From Camelus ferus (taxonomy: Eukaryota): a stretch of 64,000 nt of DNA. The DNA lies in contig NC_045696.1 in NCBI RefSeq assembly GCF_009834535.1, positions 46,750,001-46,814,000 of the forward strand, in the 5' to 3' direction. The notes under the pieces were generated by a model. The model did not search any database. It was not told where the DNA came from and saw only the letters and a list, made by a program, of their open reading frames with translations. Positions 25,006-38,609 of the stretch are shown piece by piece. The stretch's first letter is position 1. Each line of letters opens with the position of its first letter. Position numbers and translations under genes: made by a program.

Positions 25006-26653
25006 TTCATATATACATTTTGTACAAAATGCTCTGTTTCTGTATGTCCTGCTGTTGTCTGTCTGTACATCTTTCCATGCCAGTTCATGTAGGTCTACTC
25101 ACTTCTTTGTCATAGTTACATAGTATTCCATTTATAGACAATTTCTTTGACCATTCCTGTATAGATTGGTATTTGGTTTGCTGGCAGTTTTGGTAATACA
25201 AGTTATGGTGCAATGAACATCACTGTACATATATTCTTCCTACATTCATATCTATTGTTTTGGTTACATAGGCTTCCAGTTTCTGTTACATAAGCTTCTA
25301 GAAATGGTATCCCTGATATCATTTGGGAAAGGAAGATCATTGTGTTGGAAATTAACTGGCTGTATTAGAATGTAGAGAGTTTGTTGGCAAGGAGGACCGT
25401 GAGAGGATTATTACAATATCCCAGTGATAGTTGAGCTGGGCGCCAGCTGAACTGCGGCAGGGAGCTTGGAGAGGAGCAGAAATGGGGCAGATTTCTTTCG
25501 AAGGCTACACTGCAGCCCCTGATTGTGGATGACTGGTGGAGAGTGAGAAAGGGGGAGTTAAAGGTGGCTCCTAGTTACATGATCTGGTGAAAGGCAACTA
25601 GGTAGAATACAAGGAGAGAGAGCAATTAGGAAGCAATTATAATGATTCACGGAAGAAATGATGGGGGCTCATGTTTTCAAGTGTTTCATTCATTTATACA
25701 CACTGAGCGTCTGCTATGTATTAGTCACTCCTTAAGCTGTTAGCGTTGGTGCTTTTTTTTTTTCCTTTTTGGCCAAAAACATTGAGATAAAAATCTGATG
25801 CAATATAGATTTCAATTAACTTGGCCATTAATTAACTTCGTTGATATTCTTCTGTGAATGGCACCAAGCTTAAAAAAAAATGTTATAGAGAGAATGATGG
25901 TGAATCAGGTCCCAGATGCTTGAAAAATTTGCACACACTTTGGAGTGAAAACATGAGGAAGGAGGGGAAAAGGAATTATGAAAGCAAACAAGCTCTCTCT
26001 TGTGTCTAGGTTTGAAGACAGACTCCCTCCCACGCGCCCATTCCAGACAAATGCCCTCAGCGAGCGTGCGCAGACAGTCCTCCTCCTCACTGCCCGCGGA
26101 GAAGCGTCCTTCCTGCACAGCCGCTGGTCTCACTTGTGTGGGCATCGAGTGTGATGTGAAAGAGAGAAGCCAGGAGGCTGTTCTTTTTATTCTTTTCACA
26201 GAGTCGCTGTTCCCGTTCACATTTGCCCCTCCCCTCTCCCCCATGGACCTAAAATGCAGCTTCCCGTCTCCTGAAGTCCAGACACATATAAATCATAATT
26301 TGAATGACAAGAGGATTTTTTTAAATATACATCCTTCGGTAGAAATTGATCTGCTTTAATGCATTTTATTTCACAAACTTGTTTGAATTTATATTGGACT
26401 CTGCTTTTCTTTCTGTTCTTTTTTTTTTTTTTGAATCTGCTTTCTGATTAAGTTTATTTGACTAGTCAGAAATGGCTCATTCTGTCTTCATTTGCATCAA
26501 ATATTTGAAAGGAATGTAATCTGATACATTCTTAAAATTTTTTTTTCATGGTCTCTGAAGCTCGTATGAGGAGGGCTGGAGAGGTCAGATCTTTTTTTTC
26601 TTCCTACAGACTTAAGTCTCTTTATTCGCCTTTTATTTCAGTAAAAAATCAAG

Positions 26654-27511
26654 CTTTTCCAAAGAAGATATACAAATGGCTAGTAAGCACATGAACAGAT
26701 GTTCATCACTAATCACTAGGGAAATGCAAATCAAAATGAGATACCACTTCACATCCAATAGGATGGCTATTATTCACAAAACAAAACAAAACAAAACCAG
26801 CAAATAACAAATGTTAGTGAGCATGTAGAGAAACTGGAACTTTTGTGCATTGCTGGCAGGAATGCAAAATGATACAGGCACTATGGAAAACAATACGGTG
26901 GTTTAAAAAAAAATAAACCTAGAATCACTATGTCATCCAACAATCCTACTTCTAGGTAGAATTTTTCTATCCCAAAGAATTGAAAGCAGGGATTAAACAG
27001 ACATTTGTGCACCAGTGTTCATAGCAGTGCTATTTGCAATAACCAAAAGTTAGAAGCAACCCAAGTGTCCGTTGACAAATGAATAAACAAAATGTGGTAC
27101 AGATGTACACACAATGGACTATTAGTCAGCCTTAAAAAGGAATAGTATTCTGACACACGTGCCACAACATGAATGAAGCTTGAAGACATTCAGCTGAGTG
27201 GCATAAGCCAGACACCAAAGAACAAATACTGTGTGATTCCACTTCCAGAAGGTACCCAGAGTAGTCAAATTCATAGAAACAGAAAATCAAATGGTGGTAG
27301 CTGGGAGCTGCAGGAGTGGGGAACGGAGAGTTATTGTATAATGAGATGGAGTTTCAGTTTGGAAAAATGCAAGAGTTCTGGAGATGGATAGCGGTGATGG
27401 TTGTACAACAGTGTGAATGTACTTAATGCCACTAAGCTGTACACTTAAAAATCATTAAAATGATAAATTCTGTGTTATGTATATTTTACCACAACTTTAA
27501 AAATTAAAAAA
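26654..27511 (+). mobile_element. 5'-truncated LINE-1 (L1MB-type)
   Basis: CCAAAGAAGATATACAAATGGC...GGAAATGCAAATCAAAA...GAGTTCTGGAGATGGATAGCGGTGATGGTTG...TATATTTTACCACAA plus A-tail; TSD TAAAAA(A/G)TCAAG at 26642-26653 and 27512-27523. Confidence 0.92.
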
Positions 27512-27875
27512 TAAAAAGTCAAGTTACAGGTTGCTGCCTAGGCAAACCTGTATTTTTCCCCACTGATACTTTTTCCTCGCTCTGAGATACTTTTTCCTCT
27601 CTCCCCCCCTCCCCAGTTTTCGCACCAGCTTCCTCTCTCTGCTCCACTGCATTTTGCGCTCCTCCCGATTTACAAAACTTTCTCTAAAGACAGACTTTGA
27701 TATAATCAATGATCTCCTATAGGTATCTGAGCCCATATTATAGCTTTCCCTGGCATTTTTCATTTTGAAGCTTATCTCTAATTGAAAACGTAAGATTGTT
27801 TTTCCTGGTGAAGATGGTCGCCTGGGGTCCCTAAAATCTCTATACCTTGGCCCTTGTGCCTCTGCAGAGGACTGA

Positions 27876-28394
27876 TGTACTGATTAGGGATTCAGTCAGG
27901 AAAATGAAAGTCACTGGAGGTATTCCAAGCAAAAAGGGATTTAACATAGGGACTGAAGTTTCCAAGTTGTTGGAAAGGAAGGGGCAAAAATGGAATTGGA
28001 AAAAGTGGTGCTTCCCAGAGATCCAGCACTGCAGTCAGCACCCCAACTCCATATGAATCCACTTGCCACTGAGCCCACAGGAACCGCAGCTCTGCTGTCT
28101 GCTCAGCCACTTCCCAAGCCAGCAGGAGTCAGCTGCTCCCCTGAAGGATTTCACTGCTGCCAGCGCTGCCTCTGCAGGAGGAATTAGACTGACTGCTGCC
28201 TCCCAGGCTAGAGCCACAGAAAGAATCCCTCTATCTGCCTCTTGTTGTCATGCAAAAGCCTCCCAAGGGCAGAATCTGAACTGGAACGCCACTGGCAGGG
28301 GAGTCTGAGAAATATAGTTTGCAGGCTTCTAGCCCTTGTGGTATGGGGTGCATGGAGAGGTAGGTGCTGAGCACAGCAGGAAGTATCTCACACA
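27876..28394. mobile_element. Ancient LTR (MaLR/ERVL, MLT1M/LTR79-like)
   Basis: TGTACTGATTAGGGATTCAGTCAGGAAAA...GGATTTAACATAGGGA start and GGGAGTCTGAGAAATATAGTTT near the end. Confidence 0.45.
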
Positions 28395-29089
28395 GACCCG
28401 CTGTTACAGGGGAGCTGAAATGAGCACCTCCACGTGGAGTGTCTGATCCCTGCATGAGCAGGCAGCCTCAGGCTCCAGAAGGATCATGTCTCCCATGTCA
28501 GACAGACCTGCCTTACAGCTCTGGGATCCTGAGCAATAATAGCAAGAGCCATCCACCGGGCCCTACAGGAAGTGGGGGCCTCTGTGATGGGCTTTAAACC
28601 TCGCACCCACAAGCCTGGAGGTAGGTGTCATCATCTCTGGGTTACAGACAAAAAAACTGGGGTGTGCGGGTGGACAGGTCACACTGTCGCTGAATGCGGG
28701 AGCTGGGATTTAAACCAAGGTTTTGTTACGGAAATGACAGGCCAGCCAAGAAACAAGCACCACTCGGAGGGTTGGAGTACTCAGATGTATTACGCCAGTG
28801 GGCTCAGAGGGGCTTCTGCTCCGAAGCTCTGAGCACCTCCAAGAGGTGCCCGTGAGGTTTTATAGGGTAAAGTACAAGCTTGGGGTATTCGGCCAATAGG
28901 CATGGAACAGCTTTAGCAACATCATTATCACAAAAGTGGAGGCAGGGAGGCAGCAAACCAACATTCCAAAGCCAGATATGTCTCTTTGAAAATCCAGCTG
29001 GCTAACAAAAAACATAAACAGCAAACCAACACTAATTAACCTAGATTTACAAGTTAGTCCAGCAGAACTCAGATCAGTATTCCAATACT

Positions 29090-29238
29090 TAGATTTGTGA
29101 GTTATCTTGTTAGCCCAGCCCGGCCTCTCCTTCACATTCCTAGAACTGTGAGTTATCTTGTTAGCCCAGCCCGGCCTCTCCTTCACATTCCTAGAGTTGT
29201 GAGTTATCTTGTTAGCCCAGCCCGGATTTTCCTTCACA
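29090..29238. repeat. 51 bp minisatellite, ~2.9 copies
   Basis: TGTGAGTTATCTTGTTAGCCCAGCCCGG starts at 29096, 29147 and 29198. Confidence 0.95.
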
Positions 29239-29566
29239 GTTTGAGCGTCTCTTCTCTTCTTCTCTTATGCTGAACTCTGAACTTCCATTTCCAGCTCACA
29301 GGCTTGCTGGGGATTTGATGAGATCCTGGCATTATGCCTTGTCCCTTACCCCCCAGGAGTGTGGCAATCCCCTGCCCTATCTGCCCTGCAGCACACATGC
29401 CCTGTGCATTCGGCCTCCCTCTGAAACAACGCACCATGGTCCACACAGAGTGGGTGTTGCTGACGCCATTTCTGGCAGATGGACCCAGTCCTGAGCCTCC
29501 GCCGAAGAGGGAAGTCAGAAGACTAGGAGGTGTTTCTCTGCTCGGAAACTTTTTCCCATTCAACCT

Positions 29567-30195
29567 ACGTGAGTATCCAATGGCTGCTGTAATAAATTAT
29601 CACACACTTAGTGACTTCAAACAATGGAAATGTATTGTCTCACAGTTCTGGAGGCCAGAGTCTGATATCAAGGTGCTGGCAGGGCTGAGCTCCCTCTGAA
29701 GGCTCTAGGTGAGCAAACTCAAGTCCACCCCCGGGGGTTGATTCCCTGAGAAATAAGACTTGCTGGTTGTCATCCAAGTTGGCTCCACATTTGAAACTGG
29801 GGTCCCTTGCAGCTCTGGTCACTGTTTGGGTGATGTTCTTATTCTCTTTCTCGTGGGACCTGGCCTCCAAGTCTCATCCATACTTCTTCACCTGTTACAG
29901 GTTTTGGTGGCTCCAGGCCTTCCTTCCCAAAGGCGACTTGACTCTAATCTCCGCCTCTGTCTTCACACTGACTTCTCTCCTGTGTGTTCTTCTAATCCCC
30001 CTCTGCCTCACTCTTTCAAGGTGACTTGCAATGGCATTTAGGGCCCACCCCAATAATCCAGGCTGATCTTCTCATCTCAAGATCCTTAACTTAACCCAAT
30101 CCACAAAGACCCGTTTCATGCATAAGGTAATACTCACAGGTTCCGAGGAGTGGGAGGTGGTCATATCTTTGGGGACACCCTTCAGCCCACTATAC
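29567..30195 (-). mobile_element. MaLR solo LTR (MLT1C-like) with an internal non-LTR insert
   Basis: GGCTGCTGTAATAAATTATCACA, TCTCACAGTTCTGGAGGCCAGA, CTCCCTCTGAAGGCTCTAGG, ATTTAGGGCCCACC, CATCTCAAGATCCTTAACTTAA, TTCAGCCCACTA. Confidence 0.85.
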
Positions 30196-30209
30196 CTCCC
30201 TCCTGAGGG

Positions 30210-30394
<185 letters not shown>

Positions 30395-30731
30395 GGCTTT
30401 CTGCTTCCTCCTCTCAGGAGCACATCCTGGGATCCGGGCCTTTCTCCTTTGTTCTGCAGCATCTTCCTCCAGCGCCTTTTGGGCAGCACTACTGAAAACA
30501 ATCAGAAACCTTGAGGCACACACTGCACAGGTGGACATTCACAAATGCAGCTTGGTGGTTGTATTTAGTAGGGCACCATTAATAGGCTCGGACAGGCCTG
30601 ATTTCCAGCTCAGGCTAGTGAGCTCTCCCGCGAACTCCCCAGCCTCTGGAGTCAAAACTCCTTTATTGGCCTCACCTCAAAGAAACTATTCAAATTAGCC
30701 TTTCTCCTTTCTGGCCCTCTGTTCTGCACAA

Positions 30732-30742
30732 GCATGCGCGCG

Positions 30743-30781
<39 letters not shown>
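30732..30781. repeat. (GC)n(AC)n alternating purine-pyrimidine microsatellite
   Basis: GCATGCGCGCGCGCGCGCGCACACAC... directly visible. Confidence 0.97.
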
Positions 30782-30784
<3 letters not shown>

Positions 30785-31594
30785 CTTATAGCCCTCTGGT
30801 TTCTTCGTTCTGGATCTTATTTCACTACAAAGCCTCTTCAGTACCCCCACCTCGATTTCTGAATCGAGTCCTGTGAATCCCCTGTGTGGGGTTGGCAGTT
30901 GAACTTCCTGTTTCATTCCTTCTAGAGCTTCGCCCCTCCCCCAGCCTCCTTCCCCAAACATTCACCACATTTTCACTGCTCATGGCTTCCCCAGGCTGCC
31001 ATTAATAATGATGACTCAGTGACTTTCTCCTGGTCCAGGAAGAAAGGGCTGACTACTCTTGATTCCCATGCAGGATTTGGGAAAATGTGCTTCCACTCTG
31101 AAACCTAAGTGGGCAGATGAGCAGCAGGTTCCCTGCTGTCTCCACTGGAGCAAATGCCAGGTCAGTAGACTCACCTCCACCCATGGGGGTGATTCCCTGC
31201 TAAGCAAGACTCGCAGGTTGTCCTCCAGGTTGGTTCCACATCTGAAGCTGGGGGTCCCTCGCAGCTCTGTTCACCATTTGGGAGATGTTCTCATTCCCTT
31301 TCTCTGGGGGCCTGGCCCTCCGAGTCTCACCCATCCTCCAACTGCCATTTGTAACCTCACCACACAGATTAAGAGGCTGTGACAATAGGACTTGTACCAA
31401 GTCACCCGCCTTGTATGGGGCAAACCTGGGAGCCCAGCGCAGGAACTCTGTTGTGAAGACAGTTGCTTTCTGCTCCTGAATTTTTCCTCTTATTCTTTTT
31501 TCTTTCTCTTTTTTCTTCTTCCTCTTATCTTCTCTGACCCCTGACACAGTTCCTTACAATTTATCTTCCTCTCTATTCTATTTGTTTCTGCCAC

Positions 31595-31750
31595 TTTCCT
31601 AGACCTGAATTTCTATACTAGCTTCGCTTCTACAAGCTATGTGACCTTGGGCACATTTCTTAACCTCTCTGAGCTTCAGTTGCCACCTCTGGAAACATGG
31701 ATAATACTAAATTCCTTCCACATAGGGCTATGGTGGAAGTTTAATAAGAT
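31595..31750 (+). mobile_element. MIR SINE
   Basis: AGCTATGTGACCTTGGGCAC...TTAACCTCTCTGAGCTTCAGTT. Confidence 0.8.
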
Positions 31751-31751
31751 T

Positions 31752-31922
31752 ATATATATATAGAGAGAGAGATGAAAAGAAAGAAAAGGAAGGAAGGAAG
31801 GAAGAAGGAAGGAAGGAAAGAAAGAAAGAAAGGAAGGAAGAAAGAAAGGAAGAAAGAAAAAGAAAGAAAGAAAGAAAGAAAGAAAGAAGGAAAGAAAGAA
31901 AGAAAGAAAGAGGAAAGGAGAA
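31752..31922. repeat. (TA)n(GA)n followed by (GGAA/GAAA)n purine tract
   Basis: Directly visible. Confidence 0.95.
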
Positions 31923-33224
31923 GTCTCTGGCCCTTGATTGGCAGTCAGCAGACATTTCCTTCCTCCACTTTTTTAATATCGCGGACACATGGCTCAGACT
32001 GCGCTCTTTGGTCCCCCATTCACCTGTGTCGTACTTATCATAGAACTGTTGGATTTGATTTATCAGGAGACCCTGGCTATGCCTCTGTGACTATGAGCCG
32101 TGGCCAAATGAGAAGAGCCAGATAGATGTGGCCAGTGTGATTAATAGCAGCCTGTCTCCAGAGCTCTGAGAGCAGCGAGGGACGCATCGCCCCTATTCCA
32201 CTTGTAATTCTGTGTTGTCACACATGGTGGTTTGGCCAAGCGGAGGCCCATGTCCAAGGCACAGCATCTGGCTGTAAGCCCTGGATTTCCTGGGTCACCA
32301 AAACTGATTCCCTGAATGGGAAAGGAAAGAATACGAGGCAGTGGTACTTATCCAAAGCAGAGTGTGAGCCCACCTCTTTCCCTGCCCGATCTCGGACACA
32401 GGGCAAGGCAGACAAGGTGCCGCTAAGACCCACCTGTGCAGGTTTCTCCCCTGTTCCTGCAGCGCCATTATCTGGTGCTTCCCCAGTGAGAAATCCATCA
32501 TCAGGACAGCACATGTAGGAACAGAAGGGCCCAGGAGAGAGATGTGCCTCACTTTCAGAAGCTCTGGTTGCTGACCTTCACCCATCTCTGCAATTGAGAA
32601 AGCATTGTTGTGGGAAGCCAGGCACTTACTTCCTTCTATTCCGCAGCTATCCAACTGCCTTAGCACAAAGAGGTGTAAACAGAAAGACATTTGTGTTGTT
32701 TTATTGTTACCTACTAAAGTTAGGATTTTCTTCCTGCTTATATGTTTTGAACATTGTTGTCAGTGGCTGGAAATTAATCTTGAGGCAGAGCATTCATGGA
32801 TTCCAACCAAGGAGAAAGCCACAGCGACTATGTCTTATTCTTGCCAAGTCAGTTATCAATGTCTTAAGCAGTACTTCTGGGACTGTAATCTGTCAGGAAC
32901 GGGGAAGCTGGGGTCCTGGTCTGCTCCCGAGCTCAGCCTAGTACTGGAGTTGGCGAAAACCCCACAGTTCCCATTCGAAACTGTACACTTGGATGATGTT
33001 TCTCCTGGCTTCAACTGTAAAGGCTGGTGCCCAGAGCCAATCTTTGGCAAAATGGAGAAGTTTGGAGTTTTTTCCTTCCCCTCGAACATTCCCACTATTC
33101 CTCTTAAACACTTTTCTCTTTATCCCCGAGTTCCCCCAGACTTCTTTCTTCCTGTGCACATATGAGCTCTGAAAGGATGTGAGATGTATTTTCTATATGT
33201 GTAAGTGCTGATAACATCTAAGGC

Positions 33225-33378
33225 ACTGCTTCACGGCTCTAAATTGTGTAGGGATTTCCTACAGTGCTCAGATGCAAATTCTGGTTCAGCAGCCCCAGAG
33301 TGGAGGCTGAGATTCTGCATTTCTAATAAGCTCCCAGGTGATGCTGGGTGGCTGGTTTGTGGTCCACATTTTGAACAG
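33225..33378. mobile_element. MER5A-like hAT-Charlie element
   Basis: GGCTGAGATTCTGCATTTCTAATAAGCTCCCAGGTGATGCTG...CCACATTTTGAACAG. Confidence 0.75.
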
Positions 33379-33380
33379 TG

Positions 33381-34211
33381 TGTTGGAAAAACCTCCGGTC
33401 CTCCTCCTGCGTTTCTCCTTTACTCGCACTATTACCACATTCACAACACTTTTGACACCAGATGTATGGGTTTTACCCACACCAGGAAATTCTACGACGC
33501 CAGCTGGGTGTCCTACAATTTAGCTCAATTCTGACGCTGTCAACCGGGAGCCAATGTCAGATCCTGCAGGTTAAGAGCCCAGTCCCACTAGACTGCCCTC
33601 CCACGCCCACTTCAGATGCCGATCCAAGTAGCAGGTTCCCCAGGTTACCCACAACTTCCGTCCATTGTGTCTACAAGTTGAAGGTCTCATGACTCCTCCC
33701 CCTTAGATTCAGTGTTTTCACAGAACAGCTCACGGAACTCAGGGGAATATTTACTTACATTTACCAGTTTATTAAAGGATATGACAAAGGATAGAGATGA
33801 GCAGTCAGATGAAGCGAGACACAGGCGAGGTGTGTGGGAGGGTTCTGAGTGCTGGAACTCCTGTCCCCGTGGAGTTGGAGTGCATCCCCCTTTCAGAAGC
33901 TCCCCCAAATGCACATTTTTAGGCTTTTTATGGAGGTTTAATCACATAAGCATAATCAGTTATTAACTTCATTTCCAGTCCCCCTTCCCTCTTTGGTGAA
34001 TGGAGAGTGAATCTGAAAATTCCGAGTTTCTGATCATGGCTGGGTGTTCTGGTGACCAGTGCCCATCCAGGAGCCACCCACAGCCTCCTCATTAGAACAG
34101 AAGATGCTCCTAGTGCTTTCTCACTTAGGAATGTATCAGAGCTTCAGGAGCTCTGTGTCAGGAACGGGGGTGAAGGATGGGGTAGGGGGGTGAGGGGTAG
34201 AGCAGAGGCCA

Positions 34212-34270
<59 letters not shown>
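33381..34270 (-). mobile_element. MER21-like solo LTR ending in an expanded (TA)n
   Basis: CAGCTGGGTGTCCTACAATT...AATTCTGAC...TCAGATCC...AGGTTAAG, GAACTCAGGG...TTTACTTACATTTACCAGTTTATTAAAGGAT, GCTCTGTGTCAGGAAC; (TA)n at 34214-34270. Confidence 0.8.
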
Positions 34271-34274
<4 letters not shown>

Positions 34275-34364
34275 TTTTAGAAGTTGCAAAGCCTTAAGCC
34301 AATCCTAAAGGGAGAAAGTGGGAATGAGAAAGGTCCCTCCTTTCCCTCTCTGGTTTAGGGAAGA

Positions 34365-34387
34365 GTGTGTGTGTGTGTGTGTGTGTA
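34365..34387. repeat. (GT)n microsatellite
   Basis: Directly visible. Confidence 0.95.
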
Positions 34388-37300
34388 GGTTTCCCATATT
34401 TCCTAGTAACTAGCTATATCCTTGTTCTCTCTTCAGATTCTGCATGGTGATTGGTTTGCTGGATCAAAATTTTACATTATTTGCTCAAGTATCAGTTCTC
34501 ACTGATGCATAGCCATGATAAATACAATTTTCACCTTTAGAAAAAAAAAGAAACTTGTCTTCTCTCAAAATACCCTGATCTCTCATTTTGATAAAAATCA
34601 ATCAGTTTACATTGAGTTACTTACCTTTTTTTCCCCCTAGTGTATGTTTAAGGGCAGGGGTGATTAGGGAGGAGCCCAGAGATTGGGCCTGGGGAGATGA
34701 CCCAGCTTATGTCTAAGTCTTCACTGCTGAGAGTCCATGCATCTAGTGAACTGCCAGAAGAAACAATTTGCCTGAGAAACTGAAGATGGGAGCTCGTCAC
34801 AGAGGGCAAAATCTAGCCAATAAACCTGCCCCAAGACCAAAGCTTTAATTCTTAGTAACACAGATGGGGGTCTTCAACCCAGCCTTCTACTGACTCAATA
34901 TTCAGGTCCTGGGAGAAAGAAGGCTGTGAGCAAATATAAAGAAGCTATTTTCATCAATGATTCTCTAAGAAGTGAACTTGCTTTGGTACCCTTTTAACAA
35001 AGAAGGAATGCGTAAAGGAGGCAGGTCAACCTCAGGGTCTCCCCATTGCCACTGCTCTAGCTGAGCGTGCCTGCGAGGGGGCTGCTGTGCCCAGCAAAGG
35101 CAGCAGCTATGCCTGCGTGGGGCCCAGCGGAGAGCAAGGGCAGGGAGAGAGGGGAACAGAGTGGAGACGGCACAGTGGACCCATGTGGGAGCTGAACGAT
35201 TTCATTCATGAGCAAATGAGAGAAACTCCCTGGAGCCTCCCAAGACTGCTGGGGAAGAGGTGCCTATGAAGGGGGATTTTGCTGGGGGCAGAGGATCTGC
35301 GTCATAGACAGGAATGAAAGCCTGGGACTCAGAATCATGTTTGTTCAAAATCCCATGCGTTTAGAAGTCTGTTCTGTGATCTATAAAACCACAACCTGAG
35401 ACACAATGGGTAGATGGGGTCTACACACCCGCTTCAGTCTGAGCAGCTCTGTTCTTGACAGTTCTTTCTCATGGCGTGTTCACACATGATTGCAGTTGAG
35501 GAAAGGGAAAATCCTCGAGCTGGATACTCTCCAAGGGCCTGGCCAGCACTAGGACCCTACAGCTCTTCCTCTGTGAGTAAGGAATCAATGGTGGATGCTG
35601 TGACGTAGTTTAAGAACACCGCTTCTTGAAGCCATGGTCAAGGCTGTGGCCAAGGAGGGGATTCCTAGAATTTGAGTGCTTCTTACTTCAACAGCTCTGA
35701 GTGCTGACGAAGTCCAATTCCTTGCAGACACTAAAGCCATCAGGACAGCTGTGGCAGTGATTAGGGCAGAGAGAGGATCCTTGGGACAAGGGCTGAAATC
35801 CTTGGAGAAAGTGGAGCTGGGCAAGGCCCCAGACCTCACAGGCTATTTTTCAAGCCAGGAATTCAGATGCTCTTGCTCACATTCCCAGCTTTGCAAATTC
35901 AGGCCCTATCACCAGCCGGCCTTAGTGGCTCTCAATGTCCCCAGGGAAAGAGGCCATTTCTAAATTAACCAAGACCCAAATCAGAAACCTCATTCTACCA
36001 TGATTGAAATGTTCTGAGATCTTGAATAAATTAGTTATTCATCATGGAAGAGGTATTATAGATAAATACCATACCTCATTGCTATTCTAAGCTGTCCACC
36101 AGTCATCGCCTTTAAGGAGAAAAATGGAAGAATTAATGTGGTTCTGAACAGTGATCTGCTTAATGATTTCAAGTTTTTTTTTTTTAATCTGGAGAGGATT
36201 TCAATAAACTACTTTAAAAGAAGTGGAATACAAAAAAAAAGTGTGAAGGGCCTATATAATTGCTAAAAGGTGAGCTCTCTAAGGCTAGAAATCAACGAAA
36301 AGGGTGAATGCTATGGAAAGATTTTTAAGTACTTATTCAGGAGAAACTAAATAGAAAATCAATCAGGAGAATAAAAAATTCATAAATCCAATTGCTTCTA
36401 ATTGGCTCAGAACATAGTACAGAATTCAAAATGTTTGCCTATGAACAGCTCCATCTCTTGGAATTATGACTCTTATCACAGGAAAGAGCATTTGGGTTAC
36501 TTTTTATTTTTCTATCAAAGAAAATTCATCAAGGCCAAAGCAATCCTGCAAATGGCTCAAACTGAAAAACTCTTCATGACAGACATTTTATGGAGAAATT
36601 CCTACTAAAGATTTGCTCAAGCTAGGAAGACCATATTTTAGGCACTTAAGTCTTTAAACATGTACTCAGCCCCTACTGTGTACACAGAACTGAGCTGGAC
36701 CCTGTGGGAGAGCCACACATTAATGAGCTTTGATTCCTGAGTAATCCCAACTTAGAAGGGGAAACAGGTGAGTGCCTAATTTACTTTAGGACAAGTGCTA
36801 ATACAATAAGGGCTTCACAGTAGAGAGGTCACTGCACAGTACGGGAAAAGTGAGGGGCACTGATGAGCTCTGACTGAGGAGATCTGCAAAGGTTGCAAGA
36901 AGGGCATGGAATCTACATCGAGTGGTACGAAGGTATTCCACCCAGAGAGGATGCTCTGAGCTAACATCCCGTGGAAATGTGAATTAGGGTTGGGGAAGGC
37001 AGGATGTTTTATAATATCTTAGAAGAGTTGGTACAAGATAAAATCCTGAAGGACATGATGTTTATATTTAGCACCATAATCCCTGCCTCTCCATCTCAAA
37101 CTTTGGTGGACATCCACAGTTTATCTGCTGCCCTCATTTCTCCCATTACAATGAAAATTTCCCAATAAAAGTATACACTCTTAAGTGTTACTGATTGAAT
37201 AGGTGACCTCTCCTGAGGAGCATTTGCTTCTTAAAAAATTAAAAAACTTTTTATTATGTATTTGTTTAAGGTATGAAAAAACTCAAGATACGGACATATT

Positions 37301-38609
37301 CATGATTTAAACAGCATAGACCACTTTAAGAAGTGTCTGGTCCCCTATTCTTTATCATGAGTATTTTTTCCCAAAGCTTGCTCAGTGTTTATTTTAGAAA
37401 GAGGAGCATGAGGAAAGAACCACATTTTGTCCTAAGATAGTAACCTTTCTCTGGTGGAGGAATTTCAGGCATCGGTGTGAAGATGGTATTTTCGGGTTGG
37501 AAGATTGACCTAAGAAGGGCTCTGGGAGTTTCCTTACCATTGTGGGACAAGCACATATTTTAGAGATGCCAAGTCCTCGGTTTCAATTCCAGCTTGGCCT
37601 CTGGAGCGTTGAGCCTGGGACAAGCTTTTCTGCTTGGAGACGAGACTTCCACATGTGCAAGCCAGAGGTGATCACTGATCCTTACCAAGCCCAGAGAGGG
37701 GCATAACATTCTTCCACATCCCACCAGGAGGTGACAGCTGATTTCACCTGAAAGCAAAGCCATTCCTAGTATAGACACATAGAAGGGAAGGGCCAGGAGA
37801 GTCCCCAGAGCAGCTGTGGTTCAGGCTGTGGGGGCCTGGTGGCTCTCTAGCTCAGAAGGGCCCCAGAGCCCCCTCCCACTGCCCTAACTGCCTGGCCCTT
37901 GGTAGATGGGCTTAAATGCTCTTGAGTGAATTAATAAAGGAAAGGGAAAAAGAAAGAAGGGAGGGAAAAGGGAAAAGGGAAGGAAGGAAGGACCTGGTTA
38001 AAATTCATTTTATTATCACCAACTGGACCACCTGGAGGACTGCAGGATGCTGTGTTCAGACTGAAGTGGCAGCCGCTGAGGAAGAATCAGGAGTAGCTCT
38101 CATTAATATGCTATGGTCTTTCTGGAAGAACAAAAAGGCAGCACAGGGGCCCACTCATTCTTACATATGTCAACTTTGCTCTCAGAGTTATTCTTGCGAA
38201 CGTTGAAATACCAACATCCCGACCCTGGGGCCTCATGAACTGCAGACAATAAATTCCCACAAACTGACACTCCACTCAACAGAGAACTTCAGGATATCTT
38301 CTTTCACCTGCTTTGCAGACTGGACCTCTTTTACTAAGTATGGTAGACGAATATTTTTAGAGTCTATAATAGAATATTCCATCAGAAAACATTCTGCTTC
38401 TGGTAGCAATTCAAAATATTTTACAGGATCTAAGAATGGAGAATTTGGATGATTCCTTTCATTCTTCTCTTGACTTCAGATAGTTCAGGCAAGGGGTAAG
38501 TGAGGATAGACAGAGGTGAGAATATAGTGATAGAAGCCTAGCATTGGGACTTAGCATTCAATTCAGTGCAAGGACCATCTACAAATACTTATTGAATTGA
38601 GGGGTTCGG

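Noticed and set aside
26181..26609. Strong polypyrimidine-CAG splice acceptors (26201, 26609)
   Set aside because: No matching donor or coding frame identified; such motifs are common by chance
28860..29237. ORF with repeated ERPGWANKITH motif
   Set aside because: By-product of the 51 bp tandem repeat
29090..29238. CRISPR-like repeat array
   Set aside because: Units are head-to-tail with no unique spacers; eukaryotic context with no cas genes
32605..33165. 186 aa ORF
   Set aside because: No ATG start, no recognisable domain, no supporting splice structure
37721..37733. CTCF-like CCACCAGGAGGTG
   Set aside because: Isolated partial match without supporting context
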